64,000 bases of DNA from Fimicolochytrium jonesii (GCF_025526975.1 NW_026515693.1:310001-374000), one strand, 5' to 3'; shown: positions 13,088-24,854, numbered from the stretch's first letter. The notes: generated by a model from the letters alone, not told the origin. Numbers and translations are program-made.

Positions 13088-15329
13088 ATGCTGGTTGAAG
13101 CAGGTATGCATATGGCCCACGTTCCCTTCACCACCTGTGTATGACGCTTGTTGCTAAACGCCCACTCAATTCACCTCAACCCACCCTCTCAACTACAGAC
13201 ACCAAACACGGCGACCGCAACGCCCAAGCGTTCCAACTACCCGTCTTTGACTCCTCAGACGAGCAGGACCCGCCCATAGTCGACACCGAAGACGAGGATG
13301 AGGTCACTCGCTGTGTCTGCGAGCGTGTCGGTATGTTAACCCATACACTCCCACTTCGCAGGTCATGCACTCTTCCCTTGTCTCTTCCATTCTGACTCTC
13401 AATACGACTCCAACGCTTTAGACTCATTTGGTGTCATGGTGCAGTGCGAGGACTGTCTTGTATGGCAGCACTGTGAGTGCATGCATGTCAACCCGAAACG
13501 GCTGCCGAAACACTACTTTTGTGAGGAATGCAAGCCTGGGAATCATCCTAACTTTGAGTGAGTATTTTGAGCATGGAGGAGAGTCGTGGAGTGAGGGAGA
13601 GCGACCGCACGAAGAGCCACATTGCGTCAAAGGCGCAATACTCCCCTAACCACGACACCTAGCGAGCAGCAGCGAGCGTCAGATCTTTTGCGTCCGAAGC
13701 GAGCACCACATTGCGCCAAAGGCGCAAGACTCTCCTCACCTACGTGTTTGTTGCTGGTTGTTTGATGGTTGATGGCTTGATGAAGGTTGATGATGGGTTG
13801 ATGGGCTGCTGAAGGTGGATGGGTTGATGGTTGATGGTCAATGATCAATGGGTTGATGATGGATGGTTCATGGTCGATGATGATTGGGTTGATGGTTGAC
13901 GTTCCATGTTTGATGGTTAATAGTGCCATAAAAGCCGCCCACCAAGCAGCCCGCGAGTCACCACCAGAGCCAGTCGTCAACGTCTCCGGCAAACGACGAA
14001 GCACCATGAACAGCCGAGAAGCAGCACAACCGTACAGCGAGCTCTTGTTACTGAAACCGGGAAGCACTGTGCCGGCGGAACAACAACAACACGCGGGCAC
14101 CCTGTTTTCTGGACCTGAACGACCTCGCCGACGGAGTTCGGCTGATGTTGTGAACTACAGTGGATCGCGAATGCTAAGACGGCCATCGAGTAGTCTTGCT
14201 AAACCTGAGGGCAAGGAGATTGGTAAGTAGTGGCGATAAGTCGCGGAATTGAAAGTGAATTATCGATGTGTGCTGATGCATGGCTCCCGATGTTCCTCCA
14301 GATATGGCACCCAAATCCCAGTCCCCAACAAGTCTCTACAGCGTGGAAGAAAAGTCGTCCAGCAAGAACGGCAAGCGGAAACGAAAAAGCAGCGGCAACG
14401 TCGCTCTGCAAGACACGACCAGCCATAAGCGCCGAAACGATACCTCCGACGAATTCGTATACCCCGCCCGGCCCGAGAGCGGTTCTGGGAGACAAGACAC
14501 GGCAGAAACCACTTCCTCCCGAAAACGGCGAGACGCCCACGACGAGGCTGACGCCGTTCCACCGAAAGGCGGCAAACGCGCAAAGGGAGACTCGGCGAGG
14601 AGTCGTGCAAGTGCCAACAGTGCAACCACCGCACCACTACAATCATCGCACACAAAAGTCAACGGAGGCAGCAAGAGCACCCGCTTACCACGAAACGCAC
14701 AGAACGGGGGGTCGGCAGGTACGTCCTCACGCCGCCAACAAGCCCAAAACGGCCAATCCGCCGCCTCACAAGACCCCGATACCACCCGCACCCACCACCA
14801 CCACCACCACTCCTCTGCCACCCACTCCTCCACCCACCACGGCGACCAACACCCAGATCGACCCGTCAAGCCACGCATCCCACACGCCAAATCCTCCCTC
14901 GGCGAGATGAACAAACGCGTCAAGCATTTGTCGGACTACATCACCCGGCTGCAGATGGTCATGGCCTCGGAAACAAAGGTCGATTCCCTGCTCGTACCTA
15001 CGAAACCCAAGGTGGTGAACAACAACGATACCCCTACACCCATAACGCCCACGTCCCATTCTACTTCTTCTGCGGATGTGAATGGCCAAAACCGCGCGGA
15101 CACCAAACCCGCCGCCGCCGCCGCCGTCGACGGCCCAATATCACCCATCAGCCCTGCAAAATCATCATCACCGGCCGACGACCCGAAAACGGACCCATCG
15201 GCACCGTTACCGGATGCGATGAAACAGGAAACGAGCGTCCAAATGCTCGATCGGCTGAATCTGTCGTTGATCAAGTTTCAGGAACGGTTTGGGGCGATGC
15301 ATTCGGGGACGGGGCATTCTAAGCGGTAG
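13088..15329 (+). CDS. CTI6: PHD finger protein, Rpd3L/Cti6-like, 5 exons
   Basis: Spliced PHD finger reads VTRCVC..MVQCEDCLVWQHCECM..YFCEEC. Also KRRSTMNSREAA and C-terminal KPRIP..LGEMNKRV..YITRLQ..MLDRL..FQERFG. Introns approximately 13104-13198, 13331-13421, 13558-13923 and 14223-14301. Confidence 0.8.
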
Positions 15330-15803
15330 GAAAGATCTCCGATGGATTGTGTTGGGCAGGTGTGGATTTGAGGATCCTTGGGGAGACCCTTTTCTTTTCG
15401 GGGTGGTTTTGCAGAAGGAGGTTCCGGCCCACCATTGCGGCGTTGCGCACCCATCGCATCCCCCTTGCATAGTTGCATACACATCCCCCCGTCAGCTCAC
15501 TCGACTCCTGGCTCTGCTTGCTCTGTAAATTTTTTGGGGGGGTCTCAAATGAAACTGAATGAAAAAGGGCCAAAAGTCCGACCGTTTCCACCGTGCGAAA
15601 AATGCTGGGACTGTGGATGTCCGTGTGTTCATATGTGATCGCATTGCATTTGCGTTGGGTCAGGTCAGATACAGATACAGTACCATTGAAGGTAACACAT
15701 TCCTTGCATTCGTTGCAAGGACACATGGCGCACATCTTCCTCCCCCGACACATAACAAGATGGGTCACGAAAAGGTTTACGAAAAATAGGCACACGGAAA
15801 ACC

Positions 15804-18800
15804 TCACCCCCTCGCGCCGTTCACTCCCCACATCCTCCCCCCGACACCCACCACCCACGCGAACCACACCACCACCGCCACCGAGTGCGGCCCCCTCACC
15901 ACACCGACAGGCCACACTGCCCACCCCCTCTCATCATCGTCAGTCGTATCGATGTCGAACGGTAGACACCCCTCGACGGCCCCGATATACATCATGAGGG
16001 CCGTGAGGAGGGCGTGGAGGGTTGTAAACACTGCTGCCGTCAACCGTGTCCGTGGTCTAGAATCCATGTAGACAGGTGAGTGTGGTTTGTGATTGAGCTT
16101 TTTTTGCGAAGGATTCGTGGGGGAACTTACAGTATGCATTCGATGCAGGCGACCAGGAGGATGAGATGGAGGGTTGGGGAGGTTGGACAGAGGGTTCTTG
16201 TGGGGAGGACCTGGGAAGCGGGGTTGTTTTTAGCCCGTAAACGGCCGACATGTGCCATGTGATGAATGTAAACATACGGTAGCGGCGAAAACGAGGATCT
16301 TCGATCCCATGTCGCGCATATGCGGCGGGGGTTGCACGCTGTGTGGGTGCTGCTGTGACATGATGCTCGTTTCCTCCCCCATTGTGAGCATATCAGGTCC
16401 CGCGGAGTCCGCAGACGGCCTACGTGGGACCATCTGCTTTCCATCTTCGCGCTTCGGTTCTTGATCACCGTGGAGTTGCAATCCCTCCACACCCTTCGAG
16501 CGTCCACGGCCAATCGAAAGCGGCGGCGAGGGAAGTAGGGGGACGAGCGATAATGCGTCACGGTCTTTCGAGTCATCGGCGATCGCGATGGGTTTGGCGA
16601 TGGTGAATAACCTTGCGGATAGGTCCTATGCAGAAAGTGAGAAGCCAGCAGAAAAGCCAGGTTCACTTTGCGCGTTTGAGTGTGTGAGCTCAAGTGTGCC
16701 CGCGCTCCCCAGTTCGATCGTATCCCCGGTCTGTTTCATGCCCCGTACGGAACATATTTCGTACAATCACACGCTCTCCCACACTATTCTGTGTTTTTTG
16801 GCAATCGCGGCTCATTTTACGAAATCTCAAAAAGTCTACTTACATGATCCCCAACCTCCTCGACCACCCTGGCCCTCCCCTTCAATTCCGGCTCACTATG
16901 TCTGCGGGCAATCGCATACGCATTGTCCTCCTCCGTGGTATCAGGAGCCGACATCGTAACCGGAAACGTCAGCGTCTTGACCTGTTTCGGCGGCGGCGGT
17001 CGCATCTCGGGCGTGCCGGAGTACGTGTCCTCATTGGTGGGGTCATCTGGGTGCGGAGGTGAGTTGACGGGTGCTGTTCGCGGGCGTTTGTTATTGCGGT
17101 TGGGCGAGGCGGTGGATGGGTCGCAGATGTGGGATGCATTTTCGTAGAGGTGCGTGGTGGGTGTGGAGCAGTCGGGGGACATGGGGTGGAAGTGGGTGGG
17201 GCGCATGTGAGAGTATGTGCGGAGGATGTCTTCGACGGAGGGGCGGTCGCGGCAGTTTTTGGAGAGGAGGGCGATGATGAGGCCTTGGAGTTCTACGGAG
17301 ATGCGGGTGCCGTGGTCCGGGAACGTGACTCTGATAATAACAAAAGGGTCACCGGGATGCCATAATTGCCTGATATACTAAAGCAGCCATACCTCTCAAA
17401 CCCCACAATCTCATCCCTCAAAAGATCCACATCATCCGTCTGCGAATACGGCACCATCGAGTAACACAGGAAGTATAGCACGACGCCCAACGACCACATA
17501 TCCGCTTTCGGAGAATGGTCGTTCATGTAATGCCCCGCGCTGTCTTTGACCAAGAGCTCTGGCGGCATGAATTCCAATGTTCCTGATGGATTGGGAAGAT
17601 GGATGTGAGATCTGTGGGGAGAGTGTAAGAGATGTTCAGTTGGGGAAGGTTTTACCTGTTGCACCCGTTCGCTCGCGCTGACTCTCGTCCGATAGCACTT
17701 CGCATTCGCCAAAGTCGGAGATGAGGATTCGAGGGCTGTGTGGAAGAACATAATCAGATCTCAAAGGATAATGGGTAAATTAGGATCGGAGTATCAGCAG
17801 AACCCTTACATCTCATTCCGCTCATCCGGATCCGCATACCGAAGGAGCAAGTTTGGCGGTTTCTGTTCAAAGTAGTCTTCAGTAAAACGCCATCGCGCGA
17901 CACATACCAACACATCCCACACGAATGTTCAACCCACCAAATCCCGATGAATAATACCATGCGTATGCAAATGCGCCAACCCGCTACAAATATCCAAAAA
18001 CAAGCACCAAATCTCATAGTCCTTCAAATACCGCACTTTCTTCCCCGACGGCGCGCGTCCAATCCCTCCATACAGCTGCGCCTTCGACGGGCCCTGCGTC
18101 GATTGGAGCAACGACGTGCTGTGCACGGCCGAGAGGGTGTGCATGGGTTTCTTCCCCGCCGGGCCGGGGTTTTCGCTTTCTCGGCGTTGTTTCTCTTGGA
18201 GACGGCGTTTACGATCGCGGAGATGGATGGCGCGTTGTCTTGCGGTGAGTTTGGAGAGTTTGGAGTCGTCTTCGTCGGTGCCGTTGTCTGAGTCGGAGGC
18301 TTGAGTGGGGTCAGAGGCGGCGGTTGTTTCGGGTTGCCATTGGACGTAGATGTATTCTTCGAGGTTGCCGCCATTGGCGAGCTCCATGAGGATGAAGAGG
18401 CAGGGGACTTCTGGGCCTGTGCGCGGATGATTTGAGTATGTACGCGAAGAATGATGAGCGGCGATTGGCGGTGTTACCAAAGATGGTTAACTGTCGGTGT
18501 TCCAGCCAGGCATGTTTGTACTCAATGATGTTCGGATGTTTCAGGCGCTCCAACAGATGTACTTCCTTCAGCATGCGGACGAGCCAGGCATGCGACGTTC
18601 CAACGGGTATAGCTTTGACGGCAAATTGACCGAGGGGAACTTGATCCAGTACCTGCATACATTTCATTAGACTTGCAGAACAAGGCGAATGACACCTCAC
18701 AAAACCGGCAAGAATGACGGCTTCCATACATGCTGGCACAAGAAAACACTTCCACGTAATCCTCGGCCCAATTTGCGCTCCTCAACAAAGAATCGATCGT

Positions 18801-19798
18801 AGTAGCCTTGGTTGAAACTGCCTTCGCTCAACCCCGATGTGGCGCATTTGCCGTTGGAGGACTTGCCGGAAGAACCGGCCTCGGTGACGGGTTCGGGTTT
18901 CCCTGATGCTTTCGAGCCCGTATTGGCGTCATCATCGACGTTTGGCGGCAGTGGGGAGGATGATGCGACGGAGACACCGTCATCGTTTCCTTCTATGGCT
19001 TCCGGGCTGGGTTGCGTACATGTCAACAGTTGGTCTCCCAAACTCAACAATTGTTCCGTGGAATTCGGGTACTCACGTGATGGCGGACAGAACCTCGAAA
19101 TACTCTCTATCAATGAACGAGCTGTTTTCGGTCGATTCCTCGCCATCATCCGCCTGTCCAACATTCCCCTGCGCCCCCGGCGGACCCAACGACGGGGCTC
19201 TGCGCCTCCCGGTACTCTTCACCCACGGCCGCTGACAAAGCGGACACCTCCTACTCCCCATCTGCAGCTGCGAGTCTTCCGACAGCACAGGGCCCGATGT
19301 GCGCCGGACGACCAGCTTGCGTTCAGCGAGGTTGAACAGCACCGCGCGTTGGGAGCTGGCTTGGTAAAGGACCACGGTCCACGGTTTGGCGGGGACGAGT
19401 GCGGAGCCTTCTGCGCCGGACATGAGCGCTAGAAGGGGCCGGTTGGAGGAAGAGAGGTTGGAAAACCCGAGCCCGTCGCTTCCGGTTGGTGGGTTGCTGG
19501 AGCTTCCTGGATCGCTTGCTTGGAACTGGGACCCGCGACGGAGGTGTACCACTGCGTTTTGCAGGTTCCCGGCCTCCGTTCCTCCGAACAGATCCGAGAA
19601 TCTGCCTCGATTTTCATCCCGCCTTCCCTCGCTCTCCCCTCCACTCTCCACGCGGAACGTCTTGTGAGGCACAATCAGTTCCGATCTCGAAGTCGAGGGA
19701 GCCCATGTCTTTGCTCGTCGAGTCCGAGAGGCTGGAGAGGCTGGAGACAACTGCAGTGCCTGCTTTCCTTTTCCTTTCGAACCCTCTTGGTCTCCCAT
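15804..19798 (-). CDS. IKS1: Ser/Thr protein kinase, IKS1 family, with hydrophobic C-terminus; multi-exon, 3' end approximate
   Basis: Encodes FNQGYYDRFFVEERKLGRG, VPLGQFAVKAIPVG, PNIIEYKHAWLE, VPCLFILMELANGGNL, IIHRDL, GTLEFMPPE and DMWSLGVVLY. Confidence 0.85.
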
Positions 19799-19949
19799 CC
19801 TGCTCCCTGCCTTTCAGGTTTGTTTCACGTGTCACCACAATAGAGCTATACCTTCACAAATGCGTAGTCGAGCAACTGTCGAATCACTTCAGCGGACGTA
19901 CGATGTGTTCCCGATGGCAGCGCGTAAATGCTGTGCCAATGAACACGAC

Positions 19950-20165
19950 GGAGCGTCAATAAAGCACCGATGCACAGCTTGCGGACACGGGGGATAAAGC
20001 TGGGGGCTCTTGCAGCTTCAAGCTTCTTTATATAGGCGTGGGAAAGTGCGCCCATTCCCCAGTCCTACAGTACAAGTTGCCATCATCGGCGACGCCTCAG
20101 GCAGAGGTACAATGATGTGGATGGCAGATAACCACCACGGAAAATGGGATGGGGTGAAATCTAGA
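19950..20165 (-). ncRNA. Candidate Fanzor omegaRNA region (unverified)
   Basis: Lies immediately 3' of the Fanzor stop. Nested stems pair 19976-19981 with 20019-20024 and 19997-20002 with 20013-20018. A further hairpin lies at 20040-20059. Confidence 0.35.
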
Positions 20166-22549
20166 CTACCTACGGTTACGGGAGAATGCGTCTGGTCTGC
20201 GGCCATTGCCAAACACCACCGAACGCACAATCGAGAGGAAATTCTTGGTGCTTAGGACGTCCCGATTGTGCACTCTCATCCATAGTCGTAGTGGTCGTCT
20301 TCCAGGAATCTCAAATGGCGTCCAGTCTTGGTTGATACATTCGGGGTTGGGGCAACCCACCAATCCATGGACGAATTCCATTCTTCCCTTTCGAGCTTGC
20401 CACGGCCGAGGTGACAGCGGGCGTCGGATGTTTTTCTTCACACGCCCGTGGCAGTCTGGGCACAGGGAGGACGTTCGATACTCATCTAGCAAGTAGCATG
20501 GAATGCTGTTTCTTGCAAAGAGTGTGCGGAATCTGATTTCTCCCCATGAGTGAGCGTATTATAATACATAAAAAACAATGATGGTCACTCACCCTTTGGT
20601 CTTTGATGACTCCTGAAAGCGCATGGTTTTTCCAGCGTCGCTCCAATCACCCAAGATGACCAAAAAATGCTTTCCATACAGGCGTCGCATGTTCTTGATG
20701 AGCTTGCTCTCAGACTTTTGCCGCAGTGAGAACGCCTTGAATCCGCAAGCTACGTGAATCTCATCCTGGTAAAACTCATCCAGGGCGGGATCTGGGATAT
20801 GGATGTCAGCCTATGTATTACCAAATTTGAAGACAACGCATGATATATCATACCTGCATGTTCGTAATCCACGATGAACGCTGAGAACGCCTCGATGTTC
20901 ATGCTCTTGTGTGACGGAATATGTGATTCCATCTCTGCGATGCTGGCATTGATCTTTCGCTCCGTCATGTCTCGTTGAAAGTACCGAGACTTTATCTCGA
21001 CCGCCCGTTGATTGGATGTGTATCTGGTATGGGGTGGTGCATTGTGAGAACGCTGCAGCGGAATGTCGCCGCAACGGGGATGGTGGGGATGGTGATGGGG
21101 GGGATGGTGACGGGGGGGATGGTGGGGATGGGGGCGGGGACAGGGTTGAGGAGGGCGTTGGTGGGGATAGCGGCGACAGCGGGGACAGCGGGGACAGCGG
21201 GGACAGCGGGGACAGCGGTGACAGCGGCGACAGCGGGGACAGCGGGGACAACGGGGACAGCAGGGCAGTAGTAATCAACTGAAACGTACCGAAATTGCCG
21301 CTCCTTCTCGTTGTCTCGACAGAACAGGAGGTCACGCTTGCCCGGATCAATGCAGACGATGTTTGGAGCCTCCCTTAGTTCCGCGATGTGGTGCTCAAAA
21401 TACAGCTGCTTGACTTCTTCCTGCATTTGGGCCTTGCTGCGCTTCCGGGCCCGATGCCCATACTTGAGCCCTGGCATCTTGAAGTGGATGGTAGCGGAAT
21501 ACCCGTTTGTGCTGATTGACCCATCAAATTTGAGACCAAGCTTCTTTCGATCCTTGAAGACCTTGTCCTGCAATCCGTCATTCAGCCAGGTGAGGTGAGT
21601 GAAATAAGCGCAGAGGGATAGGGACTTACATTCGCGTTGATAAACTGCCCCCACAGCTCCCGCTTGCGTGCATTGGTGAATTTCCCCATGCGACTTTGGC
21701 CCAAGCCCAGGATATGAGTGCCTAGGATCAGCGTGTCGATCCGAACAGATGACTGGATTCGAGATTTGCGCAGCGAGATAGCGGAAAACAGGCGCATTCC
21801 ACGGCGCTCATAGAGGTGTGAGCTCACAATAGGCGCCTGTGATGAGGCGAGGCAGGTGCGGACCATGATTAGACAAAAGAGGAACGCGCGGGGAGGGGGG
21901 AGCCGGAAATATACCAACTCACCTAAATATGGCATTGCGTGCACCGCAAGGCTGTACGCAAGCGGCTCATCCTGGGGAGGAAACAGAGCCCATAGCTCTT
22001 CGAGGATGGTCCGCTCAAGTTGTGTGAGGCGCGCAAACTCCTCTTCGGTTGGAAACTCTTCAAACATCGCATACTTTGTAAATTGACGGACACGCCGATA
22101 ATACCGTTGGCGCTGCGCTCGGCTGACTCCGGCTCTACGGAGATGCAGTATGACTTGCTTCAAACCAAGCCTTTCATCGGCGTAGCGCAGAAACATTTGC
22201 ATGAAATGCTCTTGTACGTTAACTTTGAGGTTTGTGAGGATGCTCGTACCCGTGTACGCTGCGGTCTGTTGGCAATTTTGCATGCGGATGGGGGCGAATC
22301 CGTGAACATCACAGTAGTCTTGAACCCATGGACCCAACTCTTGCGTGATGTCCGGACTGCTGTTGTAGCCTGGATTGTTGAGCAGCTCAAACATCACACT
22401 GATGTGCTGGTCAGTGATGTCCAAATCGTGTAGAGGATGATCAGCTGTGGTGGGCCGACGTAGTAGTCAGGGCATTGTTTCATGGGAAATATACAGTTTA
22501 GCGCACCTCAAAAACTCACCAAGGTAGTACTTGAGAAAGAAGGTGGTGT
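20166..22549 (-). CDS. Fanzor (Fanzor1-type, TnpB-derived RNA-guided endonuclease), spliced; 5' end unresolved and may extend to ~23100
   Basis: Exons 22549-22520, 22444-21923, 21836-21630, 21567-21290, 21023-20854, 20791-20593 and 20532-20166 total about 590 codons. Motifs: TTFFLKYYL, FDGSISTNGY, RuvC-I CIDPGKRDLL, RYTSNQRAVE, QKSESKLIKN, VILGDWS, RuvC-II LLDEYRTSSLCPDC, HGLVGCPNPEC, RuvC-III HNRDVLSTKN. Confidence 0.92.
21070..21262. repeat. 9-bp minisatellites (GGGGACAGC)n and (GGGGATGGT)-like inside Fanzor intron 21024-21289
   Basis: About 10 tandem GGGGACAGC/GGCGACAGC units at 21163-21262 and degenerate GGGGATGGT units at 21076-21130. Confidence 0.9.
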
Positions 22550-22643
22550 CTGGGGAGAGGAGTACGTGAGTTAGTTGGTGTGAAGTAGATAGGCAGGTAG
22601 CGTGGGCATGGGAGTGGGAGTGGGTTTGGTAGAATGGTGGCAA

Positions 22644-22794
22644 CGCGAGTGCCCAAATCCAGGCTGCACCTCAAGCGGTTCCCAAAAAGCAACGAGAGCA
22701 TACCGCCAGTGCCCAAATCCAGGCTGCACCTCAAGCAATTGCGGAAGTTGGGAGAGCGTACCGCGAGTGCCCAAATCCAGGCTACACCTCAAGC
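22644..22794. repeat. Three-copy 33-bp hairpin direct repeat with variable spacers (CRISPR-like layout) in the 5' intron/leader of Fanzor
   Basis: CGCGAGTGCCCAAATCCAGGCTGCACCTCAAGC occurs at 22644-22676, 22704-22736 and 22762-22794, with one mismatch each in copies 2 and 3. The intervening sequences are 27 and 25 nt. Confidence 0.9.
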
Positions 22795-24747
22795 AATCGG
22801 TTTTGGTAATGTGTGCGGCTTCTAATTCTCACCTATAGTTTTACGGTCTGTTCCTTCCTTCCAGGTGTGGATGCACGGTGTGGACGTATCCCCAAGGTTA
22901 CCTGAGCGCAAGAGAGAGGGAGAGAGAGCGTGTGAGTGAGCGGGCATGGCATGGATCGGGTAGGGATTGGGAGTGAGAATGTGGATCCTGTTACCTTGAA
23001 GTTGAGGCGGTCGGTAGTACTGTAGGTAATGCCTGCGAGGGGAATGTCGGCACTGGACCCTGAAGAAAAAGTCCGGTTCACGCCTCCAGTGCAAAGTGTA
23101 TCCTTGTGAACGGTTAGAAAACACTGTTAGGAGATGTGTTTAGGCCTTGCGGTCGGGCTGCCTTCACGCTCGGCCTTACCCACGCTCGGCCTTACAGCCT
23201 TCACGCTCTCAGTGCCGTGGTTTGCCATTTGGAACGGCTGGTACGTAGGGGGTAGGCACTACTACCCCAGAATTCATTTCCCACAAATACTCATCATCCA
23301 AAAAACGAACCATGGCTTGAGTCCTGCAACATAGGGCACTCAGCTCTCCTCTTCCGCTTATGCAGATACCAATAGACGGACATGTGCAGTATTCGTGTTC
23401 GAGCTGGAGATGAGATATGGTGGGTGATCACTGAGGAGGAGGCTTTGCGACAAAGCGACAAACCGGATATGGAACTGTTTGGACGGAAAGGGGAGGAGAG
23501 GAGTGATGGTGGAGGAGAGGAGAGGTAGCTGGCAGGTTGTGCCGGGACTCCAGGACTCCCGCACTTGCAGAACATTCCCACTTGCGCATTCGTTTGCAGA
23601 CTAAGCGACGAAACGATTCTGAAGGGGAGGGGAAACAGACAAAGCGGGCCACAGCGGCACACGGATTCAGTCGTTTTAATACACTTCTGAAGCAAGATGC
23701 AGTCGGAATCATCTCACGCTTCAATCTCAATGTCGAATCTGCGGAGGAATATGCCACAACAATTGCGCACCCCGACACAAGCCGTATGCGGTGGGTAAAC
23801 GCCCAAAAAAAACATCTATATGACCAGCTCGGAGCGGAGAGAAGGAGGCGATCGAAGGGATTCCGTTGTCACCAACTCCAACTCCAACACCAGCCCATGC
23901 CCTCGACGCATTACTGAGCGCCGCGAAACATCTCCTCACTTACGCCGATTCCAGTATTGAATCCGGATTGTTTACCTTTGATCACACTACGGAGTGTGCA
24001 ACAGCAACAGGGACATCTCCGATGCTGTGTGCAATGCTTGGTGACGGGTCGGCTAAAGCTGATAATGTTTGTCAGCGAATTGAGACCCATTTTCGCACAC
24101 TTGCACGTAAGCTACATGCCATTGTCCTCATGCTCCGTGTGTCTGTCCTCGGCCACTAATCAGGGATATTATAGAAAACGCTTCATGCCCTCCCAAACGC
24201 CGCATGTACTTTACCTCCAGGGAGGATGTCGTTGCGTTTGTCAAAGAACGCTACAATCAGGCATTTGTGAAGGAGTGTCAACGAACACGTTTTCGCAAGA
24301 TATCGACCTTCCATGAGGGATACCCATATGCAAGCGGGTGTCCGCCATATCATCCATACTTTGCCGCGCTGGCCAAAGCAAAAATGGATCAAGGTCAGCA
24401 AGACATGTGGGGAATGTATGCCCCTTACCTGGAATTCAAGTGGCGCAAAAAGGGGCAGAAGCTGTCTCTAGGTAAGGCGACCGGACCGTGTTCCCGCATG
24501 CATTGACACAGCACACTCACCTACGTATCATACGACATTTTCGCCCCGGTTCTCCCAAATGACCCTCTCACTATGCGGCCCGGGGCGTGGATCCACCAGT
24601 TTGTTGACAAGGCTGCATGGGCACAGAACCGGGAAGGAGATCACCAGCCCACACCAACGCCTGGCCCAGCCCACACCACCACACCCAGCGCCATCTCAAA
24701 CCCCGACATTGGTTTTGCTTTCGGCGGAGTTGACGACGGCGGCGGCG

Positions 24748-24854
24748 GCGTTAAAATCGTGGCAAACAGCGACGACGGTGGCGGTGGAGTTGAAACCATG
24801 GCGGACAGCGGCGGTGGCGGTGGAGTTGAAACCATGGCGGACAGCGGCGGCGGC
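24748..24854 (+). repeat. ~36-bp coding tandem repeat (GGGVETMADSGG) that continues at 30736-30800 after the LTR element
   Basis: GTGGAGTTGAAACCATGGCGGACAGCGGCGG occurs twice before and once after the insertion. Confidence 0.85.

Noticed and set aside
13760..13920. TGATGA motifs as snoRNA C boxes
   Set aside because: They are part of a TGATGGT-like simple repeat with no paired D box or guide.
20811..21350. SPL/GDS/AGT/PAV repeat proteins
   Set aside because: These are translations of the intronic 9-bp minisatellite.
22644..22794. Calling this a bona fide CRISPR array
   Set aside because: The context is eukaryotic, there are only two spacers with a shared 10-nt end, and there are no cas1/cas2 genes. 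It is kept as a repeat and a hypothesis only.
22602..22838. ORF with repeated RECPNPGCTSS resembling a zinc-binding motif and the Fanzor CPNPEC
   Set aside because: It is on the opposite strand to Fanzor and the 58-bp period breaks the frame in the third copy, so it is most likely a by-product of the DNA repeat.
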